From an uncultured bacterium (GTDB lineage: Bacteria; Planctomycetota; UBA1135; GCA-002686595): DNA of 64,000 bases. Positions 47,363 through 56,321 of this stretch are shown here, one piece after another; the stretch's first letter is position 1; each line of letters begins with the position of its first letter. The stretch covers positions 15,994 through 79,993 of the forward strand of contig CALLKX010000057.1 of the NCBI GenBank assembly GCA_938083085.1. Reading direction: 5' to 3'. The notes under the pieces are model-generated. The model was given only the letters and a program-made list of their open reading frames with translations, ran no database searches and had not been told where the DNA came from. A program made the position numbers and the translations under genes.

Positions 47363-49348
47363 TCAGCTGCTGCCGATCTTGCCGGCCTGAATGCGCTCCG
47401 AGAGGACCACGGCGAGCCCGCGAATCGTGGGCTGGTCGAAGAAGTCGCGGATGTCGAGGCCGCCGGGGTAGCGGGCCTCGATCAGGCCGTGAATCTCGGC
47501 GAGGTCGATGGAGCTCATCCCCTGCTCGAAGAGGTTGTCCTCCGGGCCGAAGCGCAGCCCGTCGAGCACGTCGCCACAGAAGCCGCTCATCATCGCCTCC
47601 ATGTCCTCCGGCGCGGCCGAGCCGCCCGCCTCGGCCGAACGGACCTCGGCCGAACGGACCTCGGCCGGGCTGACCTCAGGTTCATCGGAGTCGCCCTTGG
47701 ACGGGGGTGCGAGGACCGCGAGCGCCTCGTCAAAGGCCCCGGCGAGCAGCGCCTGCGCGAGCTGGGCGCGCTGGACCTTGCCGCTCGTGGTGCGCGGGAT
47801 CTGCTGGACCGGGACCACCAGGTCCACGCCGATACCGTAGACGTCCGAGAGGTGCTGTCGCACAGCGACTGCGGTGTCGGCGAAACTCGACGGGTCGCCA
47901 CGGTGCACCATGAAGACGGCCGCCTCCTCGGCGGCTCCCTCGCGTTGCACGGGCGCCACGGCGAGGCGCAGGGCATCCACGCCGAGGGCTCCCTGGAGGC
48001 TCTCCTCGAGGTCGTGCGGGTACAGGTTCTGGCCGTTGATGATCACCAGGTCCTTCAGGCGACCGGTGATGTGCAGGGCGCCGCCCCGCATGAAGCCAAG
48101 GTCCCCGGTGTCGAGCCAGCCCTCACCCTGCAGCGCCGCGGCGGTGGCGGCGGGGTCGTCGAGGTACCCCTCGGTGACGTTGTCGCCGCGGATCCAGACG
48201 CGCCCGACGTGGTCCTCGGAGAGGCCCCCCCCGTCTGCGCCCGTGATCCGGACCTCCACGCCAGGGAGCGGTCGTCCGCAGCCCACCGTCACCATGGCGT
48301 CCCCCCCGTCCGTCTCCTGGACGCGATCCCCGAGCCCTGAGGCTTCGCGGGACAGCCGGAGGCCGTGGATCACCTCTCCCGCGGCGGGGAAGGTGACGGC
48401 CAGGGTCGCCTCGGCGAGGCCGTAGACCGGGAAGATCGTCGAGCGAGCCAGGCCGACCGGCGCGAGGCGGTCGAGGAACTCCTCCGAGAGGGCGAGAGAG
48501 ATGGGCTCCGCGCCGTTCATGATCAGCCGCACGCCGGAGAGGTCCACTCCCTCGGGGACGCCCTTGCGGGCGATCGACTTGAGGGCGTGGCGATAGCCGA
48601 AGTTCGGGGACGACAGGATGGTCGACCCCAGGGCGGCGGCGTCCTGGAGCCAGACGAGCGGGGTGCGCGCGAAGGCCGAGGTCGGCATCAGCGCCTGGTC
48701 CGCTCCCCAGCGCAGGGGCGCAAGGTGGAATCCCACGAGGCCCATGTCGTGGGACAGGGGCATCCAGCTGAACGTGCGGTCGGCGGCGTCGAGCCCGATG
48801 CCCTCCCCGATAGAGTTCAGGTTCGCGAGGGCCTGCCCCTGGCGGATGATCACGCCCTTGGGCGCGCGGGTCGAACCGGAGCTGAACTGGATGAAGGCGA
48901 TCTCGTCGGCCTCGCGCGTCACCTCTTCACCCGGGGCGCCTTCACCCACAGGCCAGGTCCAGCGCTCAGCGAGGTCCGTCAGCTCAAGCTGACCGAGCCC
49001 TGCCTCCTCGATGACGAGCGCCGCGCCCGCGCGGCGCTCGAGGATGTCGACGATCTTCGACCGGCTCGACTCGTTGGACGGCGGCGCGAGGGGCACCGCG
49101 ATGAGCCCGCCGAGCTGACACGCCCAGAAGATCTCCACGAAGGCCGCGGGGTCGTCCACGGGCATCACGACCTCCTGACCGCGGGTCAGCCCGGCGCGCT
49201 GGAGGTCGCCGAGCCGCCGGAGCGCGGCGTCCCGCAGCTCGTTGACGGTCATCCATCGGTACTGGCCGGGCTTCTCAAAGAAGCCGAGCCGCTGCTCCCC
49301 GCTCCGCTCGGTGCGGAGGAGGTCGACGAGGGTCTTGGGTTCGGACAT
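47363..49348 (-). CDS. Fatty acyl-AMP ligase fused to a C-terminal acyl carrier protein
   Basis: AFIQFSSGSTRAPKGV, SWMPLSHDMGL, PNFGY, YGLAEATL plus a FAAL-type insertion, TGDLGF, GRLKD..IINGQNLYPHDLE, PRTTSGK; ACP DNLFEQGMSSIDL...FFDQPTIRGLA. Confidence 0.85.
   Translation of the reverse strand: MSEPKTLVDLLRTERSGEQRLGFFEKPGQYRWMTVNELRDAALRRLGDLQRAGLTRGQEVVMPVDDPAAFVEIFWACQLGGLIAVPLAPPSNESSRSKIVDILERRAGAALVIEEAGLGQLELTDLAERWTWPVGEGAPGEEVTREADEIAFIQFSSGSTRAPKGVIIRQGQALANLNSIGEGIGLDAADRTFSWMPLSHDMGLVGFHLAPLRWGADQALMPTSAFARTPLVWLQDAAALGSTILSSPNFGYRHALKSIARKGVPEGVDLSGVRLIMNGAEPISLALSEEFLDRLAPVGLARSTIFPVYGLAEATLAVTFPAAGEVIHGLRLSREASGLGDRVQETDGGDAMVTVGCGRPLPGVEVRITGADGGGLSEDHVGRVWIRGDNVTEGYLDDPAATAAALQGEGWLDTGDLGFMRGGALHITGRLKDLVIINGQNLYPHDLEESLQGALGVDALRLAVAPVQREGAAEEAAVFMVHRGDPSSFADTAVAVRQHLSDVYGIGVDLVVPVQQIPRTTSGKVQRAQLAQALLAGAFDEALAVLAPPSKGDSDEPEVSPAEVRSAEVRSAEAGGSAAPEDMEAMMSGFCGDVLDGLRFGPEDNLFEQGMSSIDLAEIHGLIEARYPGGLDIRDFFDQPTIRGLAVVLSERIQAGKIGSS
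47629..47667. repeat. In-frame 15-bp repeat x2.6 in the FAAL-ACP linker (SAEVR)
   Basis: CCTCGGCCGAACGGA x2 plus a partial copy. Confidence 0.75.
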
Positions 49349-49360
49349 CGGAGGCGTTCG

Positions 49361-50698
49361 CTATCTGCGCGTGACGCTCAGCGGGATGGGGTCCCGCGCC
49401 CGGAGGTTCACGCCGGGCTCGATCGCCGGCGCCTCGGGAGAGAGCGCGTCGAGATGGTAGCGGGAGGACGCCCAGACGAGATGCTGGACCGTGGCGTTCA
49501 GGGCGAAGCCGTCTCCGGCGCAGCGACGCGGGCCGGAGGAAAACGGGATATAGGCCCCCCGCATGGGGGCGATCCCCGACGAGGGGATCCTGGAGGGGTC
49601 GAAGCGCTCAGGGTCCTCCCAGTACGCCGGGTGGCGATGGAGGATGTAGGGGGTGATCAGGATCTGGGTGCCTGCAGGCACCCGATGCCCGGCGAGGACG
49701 TCGTCCTTGAGGGCCTTGCGGGTGAACATCCAGACCGGAGGGTAAAGGCGCAGGGTCTCGTGGATGACCCGCGAGCCCAGGTCGTAGTGGCCCTGGACCA
49801 TCTTGCCGTCCATCACCGCCGGCCCGACCGCGTCCACCTCCGCCGCGAGGGCGCGCTGGACATCCTGGTGGCGCGCGAGCAGGGACCAAGCCCAGGCCGT
49901 GGTCGCCGCCGTGGTCTCGTGACCGGCGACGAGCAGCGTCATCAGCTCGTCCACCAGCCCCTCCATGTCGAGGGGCTCACCGGAGTCGCGGTCCCGCGCA
50001 GCGAGATAGCGCCCGAGGAAGTCCTCCGACTCTCCGGCCTCACCGCGGGCGCGGCGGGCCTCCACCAGCTCGCGCACCACCGGCCAGAGCTGGCGGAAGC
50101 GCATGGCGAACATCAGATCTCGTTGGACGGTGTCCACCACGAGATTGAAGGGGTTGCCGCCCTCGCGCGCGTCGAGCGCGTCGAGGTCGTCCCCGAAGAC
50201 CGAGCGCAGGATGATCCGCAGGCCGAGGCGGTTGGCCTCGTCCACGATGTCGAGCGGATCGCCGCTGTCCGCGTGCGCCTCCCAGATCTCCGCGCGCTCC
50301 TCGATGCAGCGGGCGATCAGCCCGCCCATGGCGCCGACGCTCGGCCGGCTGAACGCGGGCTGGAGCATCTTGCGGCGCGTGCGCCAGTGGTCGCCGTCGG
50401 ACACGATCAGCCCATCCCCCAGCAACATCTTCACGCGCTCGAAGCCCACGCCCTTGCCGTAGTCCGGCTGCCGCCGCGTCAGGATCTCATGAATCGCCTC
50501 GGGGTCGTTGAGGACCCAGACCGGCAGGCCCCCGTCCCCCGCGACGTTGCCGGCGCCACCCTGCGGCGGGATGGCCCAGATGTCCCCGTACTCCGCGAAG
50601 CCTCGCTGGAGGAAGTCCAGGGTCTCCTGGTTCGCGTCGAAGGCGAAGGACGACCCCGGGCCTGGCAGTGCGGCGTTGGGGCGCGGCGATTGGGTCAT
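49361..50698 (-). CDS. Cytochrome P450
   Basis: GDGLIVSDGDHW, AGHETT (I-helix), ETLRLYPP (ExxR), PERFDP, FSSGPRRCAG (heme Cys). ATG 50698 chosen because the longer ORF runs through the tRNA. Confidence 0.95.
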   Translation of the reverse strand: MTQSPRPNAALPGPGSSFAFDANQETLDFLQRGFAEYGDIWAIPPQGGAGNVAGDGGLPVWVLNDPEAIHEILTRRQPDYGKGVGFERVKMLLGDGLIVSDGDHWRTRRKMLQPAFSRPSVGAMGGLIARCIEERAEIWEAHADSGDPLDIVDEANRLGLRIILRSVFGDDLDALDAREGGNPFNLVVDTVQRDLMFAMRFRQLWPVVRELVEARRARGEAGESEDFLGRYLAARDRDSGEPLDMEGLVDELMTLLVAGHETTAATTAWAWSLLARHQDVQRALAAEVDAVGPAVMDGKMVQGHYDLGSRVIHETLRLYPPVWMFTRKALKDDVLAGHRVPAGTQILITPYILHRHPAYWEDPERFDPSRIPSSGIAPMRGAYIPFSSGPRRCAGDGFALNATVQHLVWASSRYHLDALSPEAPAIEPGVNLRARDPIPLSVTRR

Positions 50699-50742
50699 GG
50701 CGTGCGAGCCAGCGCTGGCTGTTACGTGCGCGGAGGCAGATG

Positions 50743-50819
50743 TGGTGGGCCCTGAAGGACTCGAACCTTCGACCAAGCGATTATGAGTCACCTGCTCTAA
50801 CCGACTGAGCTAAGGGCCC
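50743..50819 (-). tRNA. ileX: tRNA-Ile2 (anticodon CAU, lysidine type), with encoded CCA
   Basis: GGGCCCTTAGCTCAGTCGGTTAGAGCAGGTGACTCATAATCGCTTGGTCGAAGGTTCGAGTCCTTCAGGGCCCACCA forms a full cloverleaf and closely resembles E. coli ileX; paired 1:72 and no triple G-C anticodon stem, so not the initiator tRNA. Confidence 0.9.
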
Positions 50820-50841
50820 GTTCGCCGCGTTCGGCGTCCAG

Positions 50842-50851
50842 AGGGTAACCT
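50842..50851. promoter_or_regulatory. Putative bidirectional overlapping -10 elements (AGGGTAACCT)
   Basis: TAACCT on the + strand lies 6 nt before ATG 50858; TACCCT on the - strand lies 22 nt before the tRNA 5' end. Confidence 0.55.
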
Positions 50852-50857
50852 CTCGCC

Positions 50858-51400
50858 ATGCCGTCCACAGAGATCGATGTCCGCGGAGAGTTCGCCCGCT
50901 TGCACGAGGCGTTTGACGCCTTCGAGTCCATCCGCCAGGAGGGCGAGGCCGCCTGCCGCGCCCGGGCCCCGGAGGTGTCCGGCTGGAGCGTCGAGCAGCA
51001 CCTCTACCACATCGCGCTGGCCACCGACCTGGCCTTCCGCCACGTGAAGTCCCTGGTCGCTCGCAAGGGCGGCCTGATCCAGCAGGAGGGCGCGATCAAG
51101 GAGCGAGCGGCCGAGGTGCTCGAGAATGACACCACCCCACGGGGAGAAGCCAAGGCCCCCCGCATGGTGACGCCCGACGACCTCGTGGAGCCGCGCTTCC
51201 TCGACATGGAGCTGAGCGGCAACCGTGAGGCCCTGGCCGGGCTGGAGGCGATCGCCGACGAGATCGCCGCCGCCCCCGCCTGGATCCCCCACCAGGAGCT
51301 TGGCCCCCTGTCCGCCGCCCACTGGCTCCGCTTCTCGGCGCTCCACGCCCGCCACCACTGGGCCATTGTCCGGGATATCCGGGCCGCGCTCCCGAGCTGA
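50858..51400 (+). CDS. DinB/YfiT-like family protein
   Basis: WSVEQHLYHI, PHQELGPLSAAHWLRF, HARHH (His triad). Confidence 0.85.
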   Translation: MPSTEIDVRGEFARLHEAFDAFESIRQEGEAACRARAPEVSGWSVEQHLYHIALATDLAFRHVKSLVARKGGLIQQEGAIKERAAEVLENDTTPRGEAKAPRMVTPDDLVEPRFLDMELSGNREALAGLEAIADEIAAAPAWIPHQELGPLSAAHWLRFSALHARHHWAIVRDIRAALPS

Positions 51401-51490
51401 CCGCCCCCCCGGCTTCAGCGCGACGCGGATCCTGCTGCGCCGCGACAGGCGTCCGCCATCAGGTCCCAGGTCCATGACGGTCAATGCGCC

Positions 51491-51564
51491 GATGCCCGCC
51501 GCTGGATGCCCGCCGCTGGATGCCCGCCGTTCGACACCTGCCGCTCGACACCTGCCGCTCGATG
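51491..51564. repeat. 14-bp drifting tandem repeat x5 abutting the sialidase start codon
   Basis: GATGCCCGCCGCTG x2, GATGCCCGCCGTTC, GACACCTGCCGCTC x2, then GATG. Confidence 0.85.
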
Positions 51565-52728
51565 ATCACCACGCTCCTCGCCACTCTGGCCCTCGCCGCT
51601 CAATTCCCGTCCGAGCCCAGCTTGCCCCGGGCCGACGACAAGGTCGACGTCTGGACCAGCGGCGAAGAGGGCTACCACACCTACCGCATCCCCGCGGTCA
51701 TGCGGGCTCCCGATGGCGCGCTGCTCGCGTTCTGCGAGGGGCGCAAGGTCGGGCGCGGCGACTCGGGGGACATCGACCTGCTCATGAAGCGCTCTGACGA
51801 CGGCGGCGCCAGCTGGGGAGAGCAGCGCGTGCTGTGGGACGACGGGGACAACGTCTGCGGAAACCCCTGCCCCGTGCTCGACCGGGACACGGGGATGATC
51901 TTTCTCTTCCTCACTCACAACCTCGGGCACGATCGCGAGGGCGAGATCATCGCCGGCACATCGGAGGGCACTCGGACCGTCTGGGTCATGACGAGCGCGG
52001 ACGGCGGCACGGAGTGGTCTCCGCCGCGCGAGGTCAGCGCCTCGACGAAGCGAAGAGACTGGACCTGGTATGCCACCGGACCAGGCGTCGGCATTCAGCT
52101 CGAGGTCGGGCCGCACGCGGGCCGACTCGTGATCCCCTGCGATCACATCGAGGCCGATTCCCAGCGCTACTACAGCCACGTCCTCCTCTCCGATGACCAC
52201 GGCGCCACCTGGCGCATCGGCGGCCGGTCCAAGCGGGACCAGCTCAACGAGTGCCAGGTCGCCGAGCTCGACTCTGGTGAGCTCGTACTCAACATGCGGA
52301 ATTACAACCGCCAGAAGCGGGCCCGCGCCGTCGCGCGCTCGAAGGACGGCGGGGAGAGCTTCGGCGAGGTCACCTGGGACGAGGAGCTGCCAGAGCCTAT
52401 CTGCCAGGCAGGAATGGTGACCGTGCGCGCCGGCCGCGGCGGCGGGGTGGTCGAGCGCTGGCTGGCCTTCTCCAACCCAGCCTCCCCCAACCGGCGCGAG
52501 CGGATGCTGGTGCGGGTGAGCTACGACGGCGGGCTCAGCTGGCACACCGCGGCCCTGCTCCACGGCAAGGCCGCGGCTTACTCCTGCCTGGTGGACCTCT
52601 CCGATGGCAACTCCCCAGCCGTGGGGTGCCTCTTTGAGCGCGGCCGAGAGGGCCCCTATGAGCGGATCACCTTCCAGCGCGTGAAGCTATCCCCTCCGCA
52701 CGAGCCCGCCCCCAGCCCGGTGCGCTGA
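51562..52728 (+). CDS. Secreted sialidase (GH33-like)
   Basis: Signal peptide, YRIP motif, five Asp-boxes (SDDGGASW, SADGGTEW, SDDHGATW, SKDGGESF, SYDGGLSW), NECQ, NMR, AAYS. Confidence 0.9.
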   Translation: MITTLLATLALAAQFPSEPSLPRADDKVDVWTSGEEGYHTYRIPAVMRAPDGALLAFCEGRKVGRGDSGDIDLLMKRSDDGGASWGEQRVLWDDGDNVCGNPCPVLDRDTGMIFLFLTHNLGHDREGEIIAGTSEGTRTVWVMTSADGGTEWSPPREVSASTKRRDWTWYATGPGVGIQLEVGPHAGRLVIPCDHIEADSQRYYSHVLLSDDHGATWRIGGRSKRDQLNECQVAELDSGELVLNMRNYNRQKRARAVARSKDGGESFGEVTWDEELPEPICQAGMVTVRAGRGGGVVERWLAFSNPASPNRRERMLVRVSYDGGLSWHTAALLHGKAAAYSCLVDLSDGNSPAVGCLFERGREGPYERITFQRVKLSPPHEPAPSPVR

Positions 52729-52734
52729 CCGCGG

Positions 52735-54177
52735 TCAGGCCTGGTCCGCGGCACGGGCCACGATCATGGCCACGCAGGCGGTGAGCCGTTCCGCCATCTC
52801 CAGGTGCAGGAACTCGTTGGGCCCGTGGGCGTTGGAGCCCGGGCCGAGCACCCCGGTGATGACGAACTGCGCCTCGGGAAACGACTCGCCCAGCAGCCCC
52901 ATCAGTGGGATGGTCCCGCCTTCCCCCAGGGAGACGGCGTCCTTGCCGAAGAACTCGCGGCTCGACTCCTGGATGGCCCCGTCAAGCCAGGGGGTGAAGG
53001 GGGGCGCGTTCCAGCCCGTCGCACCATCGGCGTTCTCGAAGGAGACCTGCGCCCCGTACGGCGGGTCCGACTCCAGGGTGTCCTTGATCGCGGCGAGCGC
53101 GGCGTCCGGATCGGTGGTCGGCGCGGTCCGGAAGCTGAGCTTGAGAGCCGTCTCGGGGCGCAGCACATTCCCCGCGTGCTCGAGCGGCGGCATCCCCGCG
53201 GCGCCGGTCACAGAGAGCGTCGCGCGCCACGTGCGCGCGATGACCCGCGAGGTCGCGTCGGCGCCCATGGGCTGCACGCCTGGCTGGAAGGGGTACTTGT
53301 CGTGCACGCTCTCACCGAGCACACCCGCGGCGGCCTCGGCCTGGGCCATCCGGTCGGCCGGGACCTCGGCCCGCAGCCCGGGGAGCAGCACCTCACCGGT
53401 GTCGGCGTCCTCCACTCGGTCCAGGAGGCGTCGCGCCACGCGGAAGCTCGAGGGCACCACGCCGCTCGCGTCGCCGGAGTGGATCCCCTCGGAGACGGTC
53501 GACACCCGGAGGTCTCCGTTGACGTTGCCGCGCAGCGAGGTGCACAGCCACATGCGCTCGTAGTCCCCCGCGCCGCTGTCGAGGCACACCACCAGCCCCG
53601 GCGTCCCGATGCGCCCCTTGAGGTGCTCCACGTAGGCGGCGAGGTCCGGGCTCCCGCTCTCCTCGCTGGTCTCGATCAGGCAGACGCAGCGCGGGTGCGG
53701 TGCGTCCTGGTCCTGCAGCGCCTCGAGGGCGCCGAGGGACCCGAACACGGCGTACCCGTCGTCCGCCGCCCCGCGGCCGTAGAGCTTGCCGTCCTCCACA
53801 ACGGGCTCCCACGGCCCCTTGTTGTCGTCCCAACCAGTCACCTCAGGCTGCTTGTCGAGGTGGCCATACATGAGGATGGTGCCGCCGTCGGTTCCCGTCG
53901 GCATGCCGAAGGCCGGCACCTCCACCAGCAGCGTGGGCGTCAGGCCCTCGAGTCGGATGATCTCGACGGTCATCCCCGCGAGCTTCCGCTCCCGGCACCA
54001 CGCGGCCGCCAATTCAACGGCCTCATCCAGGAAGCCGTTCGCCGCCCAGTCCGCGTCAAAGGCCGGCGACTTGGCCGGGATGCGGATGAAGTCGGAGATG
54101 GCAGGGAGGATGGAATCCCGCCAGGAGCGGGCGACGTGATCCCGGAGCGCAGCCGGGTCGAGCGTGGCGGAGGTCAT
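52735..54177 (-). CDS. M20 family metallopeptidase/amidohydrolase
   Basis: YGHLDKQP, LYGRGAADDG, EESGS, CLDSG, SLRG, HSG, GGTIP, NAHGPNE. Confidence 0.92.
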   Translation of the reverse strand: MTSATLDPAALRDHVARSWRDSILPAISDFIRIPAKSPAFDADWAANGFLDEAVELAAAWCRERKLAGMTVEIIRLEGLTPTLLVEVPAFGMPTGTDGGTILMYGHLDKQPEVTGWDDNKGPWEPVVEDGKLYGRGAADDGYAVFGSLGALEALQDQDAPHPRCVCLIETSEESGSPDLAAYVEHLKGRIGTPGLVVCLDSGAGDYERMWLCTSLRGNVNGDLRVSTVSEGIHSGDASGVVPSSFRVARRLLDRVEDADTGEVLLPGLRAEVPADRMAQAEAAAGVLGESVHDKYPFQPGVQPMGADATSRVIARTWRATLSVTGAAGMPPLEHAGNVLRPETALKLSFRTAPTTDPDAALAAIKDTLESDPPYGAQVSFENADGATGWNAPPFTPWLDGAIQESSREFFGKDAVSLGEGGTIPLMGLLGESFPEAQFVITGVLGPGSNAHGPNEFLHLEMAERLTACVAMIVARAADQA

Positions 54178-54197
54178 GACGCTAGTGTGCAGGGAAC

Positions 54198-56321
54198 ATG
54201 GTCCCCCGTCACCCCGCACGCCTCTGCGCTCTCACACTCCTCGCCACCACGCTCGCCTGCGGCGGGGGCGGCCCCGGGGAGGCCGAGGCGCCGGCCCAGG
54301 GCCCCAACCCCGATCCCCCCACCGCCCGCTGGGTCCAGGTGGAGGAGTTCCGCGCGGACCTTGTCGCTCCCCGCCACCCCTCCGACGGCAAGGGCCGGGT
54401 TCGCGTGACCCGCGCCCCCGAACGGGTGGTGGCCGGCGGCGTGGGACGGTGGACCTTCGAGTTCGAGGTGGCCGACACCGGGATCGCCCTGGGCGGCTCG
54501 ATTCACTTCATGCCGGAGCCCTTCTGGGGCTGGTCGACGCCCCAGGTGCAGCGCGCTGAGCTGCCGGGCTACACCAACATCGCCGTCAGTCGGGCCGGGA
54601 CCTCCCTGGCGGCCGACACCTTCGGCGGCCAGGACTCAGGCCTCCTCATCCTGACCGTGAGCGGTGAGGCGCTGCAGGGCGGCGACAGGGTCACCCTCGA
54701 CTACGGCGCAGGCCCCGCTGGCGCGAGAGCTGATCGCTATGCGGGCCGCGACGCCCGGCTCTGGTTCTCCGTGGACGGCGACGGCGACGGGATCCGGGCC
54801 ATCGTGCCGGCCTCACCCTCGGTGGACGTCGCGCCGCGCGGGCCCGCTCGCGTGGTCGTGCTGGGTCCGAGCACTGCTCGCCCGGGGGAGATCGCACGAT
54901 TCCACGTGTCGGCCCTGGACGGCTGGGCCAACCGGGCGCCGGAGATCGACGGGCGGCCGTGGGCGGGCAGCGTCCAGCTCGAGGTCCTTGGCGCGCTCTC
55001 CGAGGACCTCACCGTCCCCGAGTCGGTGAGGCTCGATGACCAGGGGTTCGCGACCTTCGAGATCATCGCCCCGCCGCTGGAGGCCCCCGAGGTACTGCGT
55101 GTTGAGGCTGCTTTGACGCTGCCGGACGGGTCGATCGCTCGGTCGGTCTCCAACCCTCTGCTCATCGACCTCAACGCTCCACGCATTCTCTGGGGCGATC
55201 TCCACGGCCACACCGGCCGCTCGGACGGGACGGGCGCGGTCGAGGACTACTTCCTGTACGCCCGGGACACCGCCCGCCTCGACGTCCTCGCCCTCACCGA
55301 TCACGATCACTTCGGCCCCCGCTTCCTGGACGAGGTGCCCGCGTGGCAGGAGGAGATGCGGGAGGTGACCGAGCGCTTCAACACCCCGGGGGGGCTGGTC
55401 ACGCTCCACGGCTACGAGTGGACGAGCTGGATCCACGGGCACCGGCACGTCCTGCGCTTCGACTCTGGCGGACCGATCCTCTCGTCCATGGACCCGGCGA
55501 CGGACACGCCTGCGGAGCTGTGGGCCGCGCTGGAGGGCGAGCCAGCCATGACCATCGCGCACCACAGCTCGGGGAACCCGATCCCCGTGAATTGGACCTA
55601 CACCCCGGATCCGCTGATCGAGCCCGTCACCGAGATCGTCTCCGTCCACGGTTCGAGCGAGGCCCGGGACGCACCCCAGGTTGTCGCCGGGAGCCGGGAC
55701 GGGTGGTTCGTCCGGGACCAGCTCGATCGGGGGCTGCGCCTGGGCTTCATCGGCTCGGGGGACTCCCACGACGGCCACCCCGGCCTCCCCCACCTTTCGC
55801 CCACCTACGGGTGGCGGCCCGCGACCGCGCGCTCGGGCGAGGTCCCTGGAACCGGCGGGCTGGCGGCCATCCTCGCCCCCTCCGGGGATCGAGCCAGCGT
55901 GATGGAGGCGCTCCGCGAGCGGGCCACCTACGCCACGAGCGGCCCACGCCTGATCGTGCTCGTGGATCGCTCCGAAGAGGGCTCCTCTGATCACCCTCAA
56001 GCGAGCTCGCGGGTCGCGATTCGCTTCCACGGCACGGCTCCCCTGGATCGAATCGACCTCATCTTGGGCCCCTCTATCGAGGGGACAATCCCGTCCGAGG
56101 TGCGCACCTTGCGGCCCGGAGCGGCCGACGCGGGCTCGCCCGACCCTCCGACAGCAAGCCTCTTGGACGCCGCCTTTGAGATCGATCTCCCCGAGACGCT
56201 CAAGCGCCGCTACTTCTACCTACGGATCGTCCAGGTCGACCGGGCTACCGCCTGGATCGGACCGTGGTGGCGGAGCGGCCTCGCCGGTGATGACGCTCAG
56301 GCCGAGTGGCGATCGGACTGA
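54198..56321 (+). CDS. PHP-fold metallohydrolase lipoprotein (DUF3604/CehA-McbA-like)
   Basis: Lipobox TLAC; WGDLHGHT..SDG, TDHD, GYEWT, HRHV, AHH, EIVSVHG, GSGDSH, YATSG. Confidence 0.8.
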   Translation: MVPRHPARLCALTLLATTLACGGGGPGEAEAPAQGPNPDPPTARWVQVEEFRADLVAPRHPSDGKGRVRVTRAPERVVAGGVGRWTFEFEVADTGIALGGSIHFMPEPFWGWSTPQVQRAELPGYTNIAVSRAGTSLAADTFGGQDSGLLILTVSGEALQGGDRVTLDYGAGPAGARADRYAGRDARLWFSVDGDGDGIRAIVPASPSVDVAPRGPARVVVLGPSTARPGEIARFHVSALDGWANRAPEIDGRPWAGSVQLEVLGALSEDLTVPESVRLDDQGFATFEIIAPPLEAPEVLRVEAALTLPDGSIARSVSNPLLIDLNAPRILWGDLHGHTGRSDGTGAVEDYFLYARDTARLDVLALTDHDHFGPRFLDEVPAWQEEMREVTERFNTPGGLVTLHGYEWTSWIHGHRHVLRFDSGGPILSSMDPATDTPAELWAALEGEPAMTIAHHSSGNPIPVNWTYTPDPLIEPVTEIVSVHGSSEARDAPQVVAGSRDGWFVRDQLDRGLRLGFIGSGDSHDGHPGLPHLSPTYGWRPATARSGEVPGTGGLAAILAPSGDRASVMEALRERATYATSGPRLIVLVDRSEEGSSDHPQASSRVAIRFHGTAPLDRIDLILGPSIEGTIPSEVRTLRPGAADAGSPDPPTASLLDAAFEIDLPETLKRRYFYLRIVQVDRATAWIGPWWRSGLAGDDAQAEWRSD

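Noticed and set aside
44335-50742. Integrative island at the tRNA
   Set aside because: No integrase, no att duplication found by eye, and no obvious compositional shift.
50699-50791. P450 N-terminus overlapping the tRNA
   Set aside because: Chance open frame through the tRNA; ATG 50698 is adequate.
50743-50819. tRNA-Met call from the CAT anticodon
   Set aside because: The sequence resembles ileX-type tRNA-Ile2 and lacks initiator features; elongator Met is less likely but not formally excluded.
56297-56321. 25-bp tail-to-tail overlap of the PHP hydrolase and the DGC gene
   Set aside because: Short convergent overlaps are common in GC-rich genomes; no further signal.
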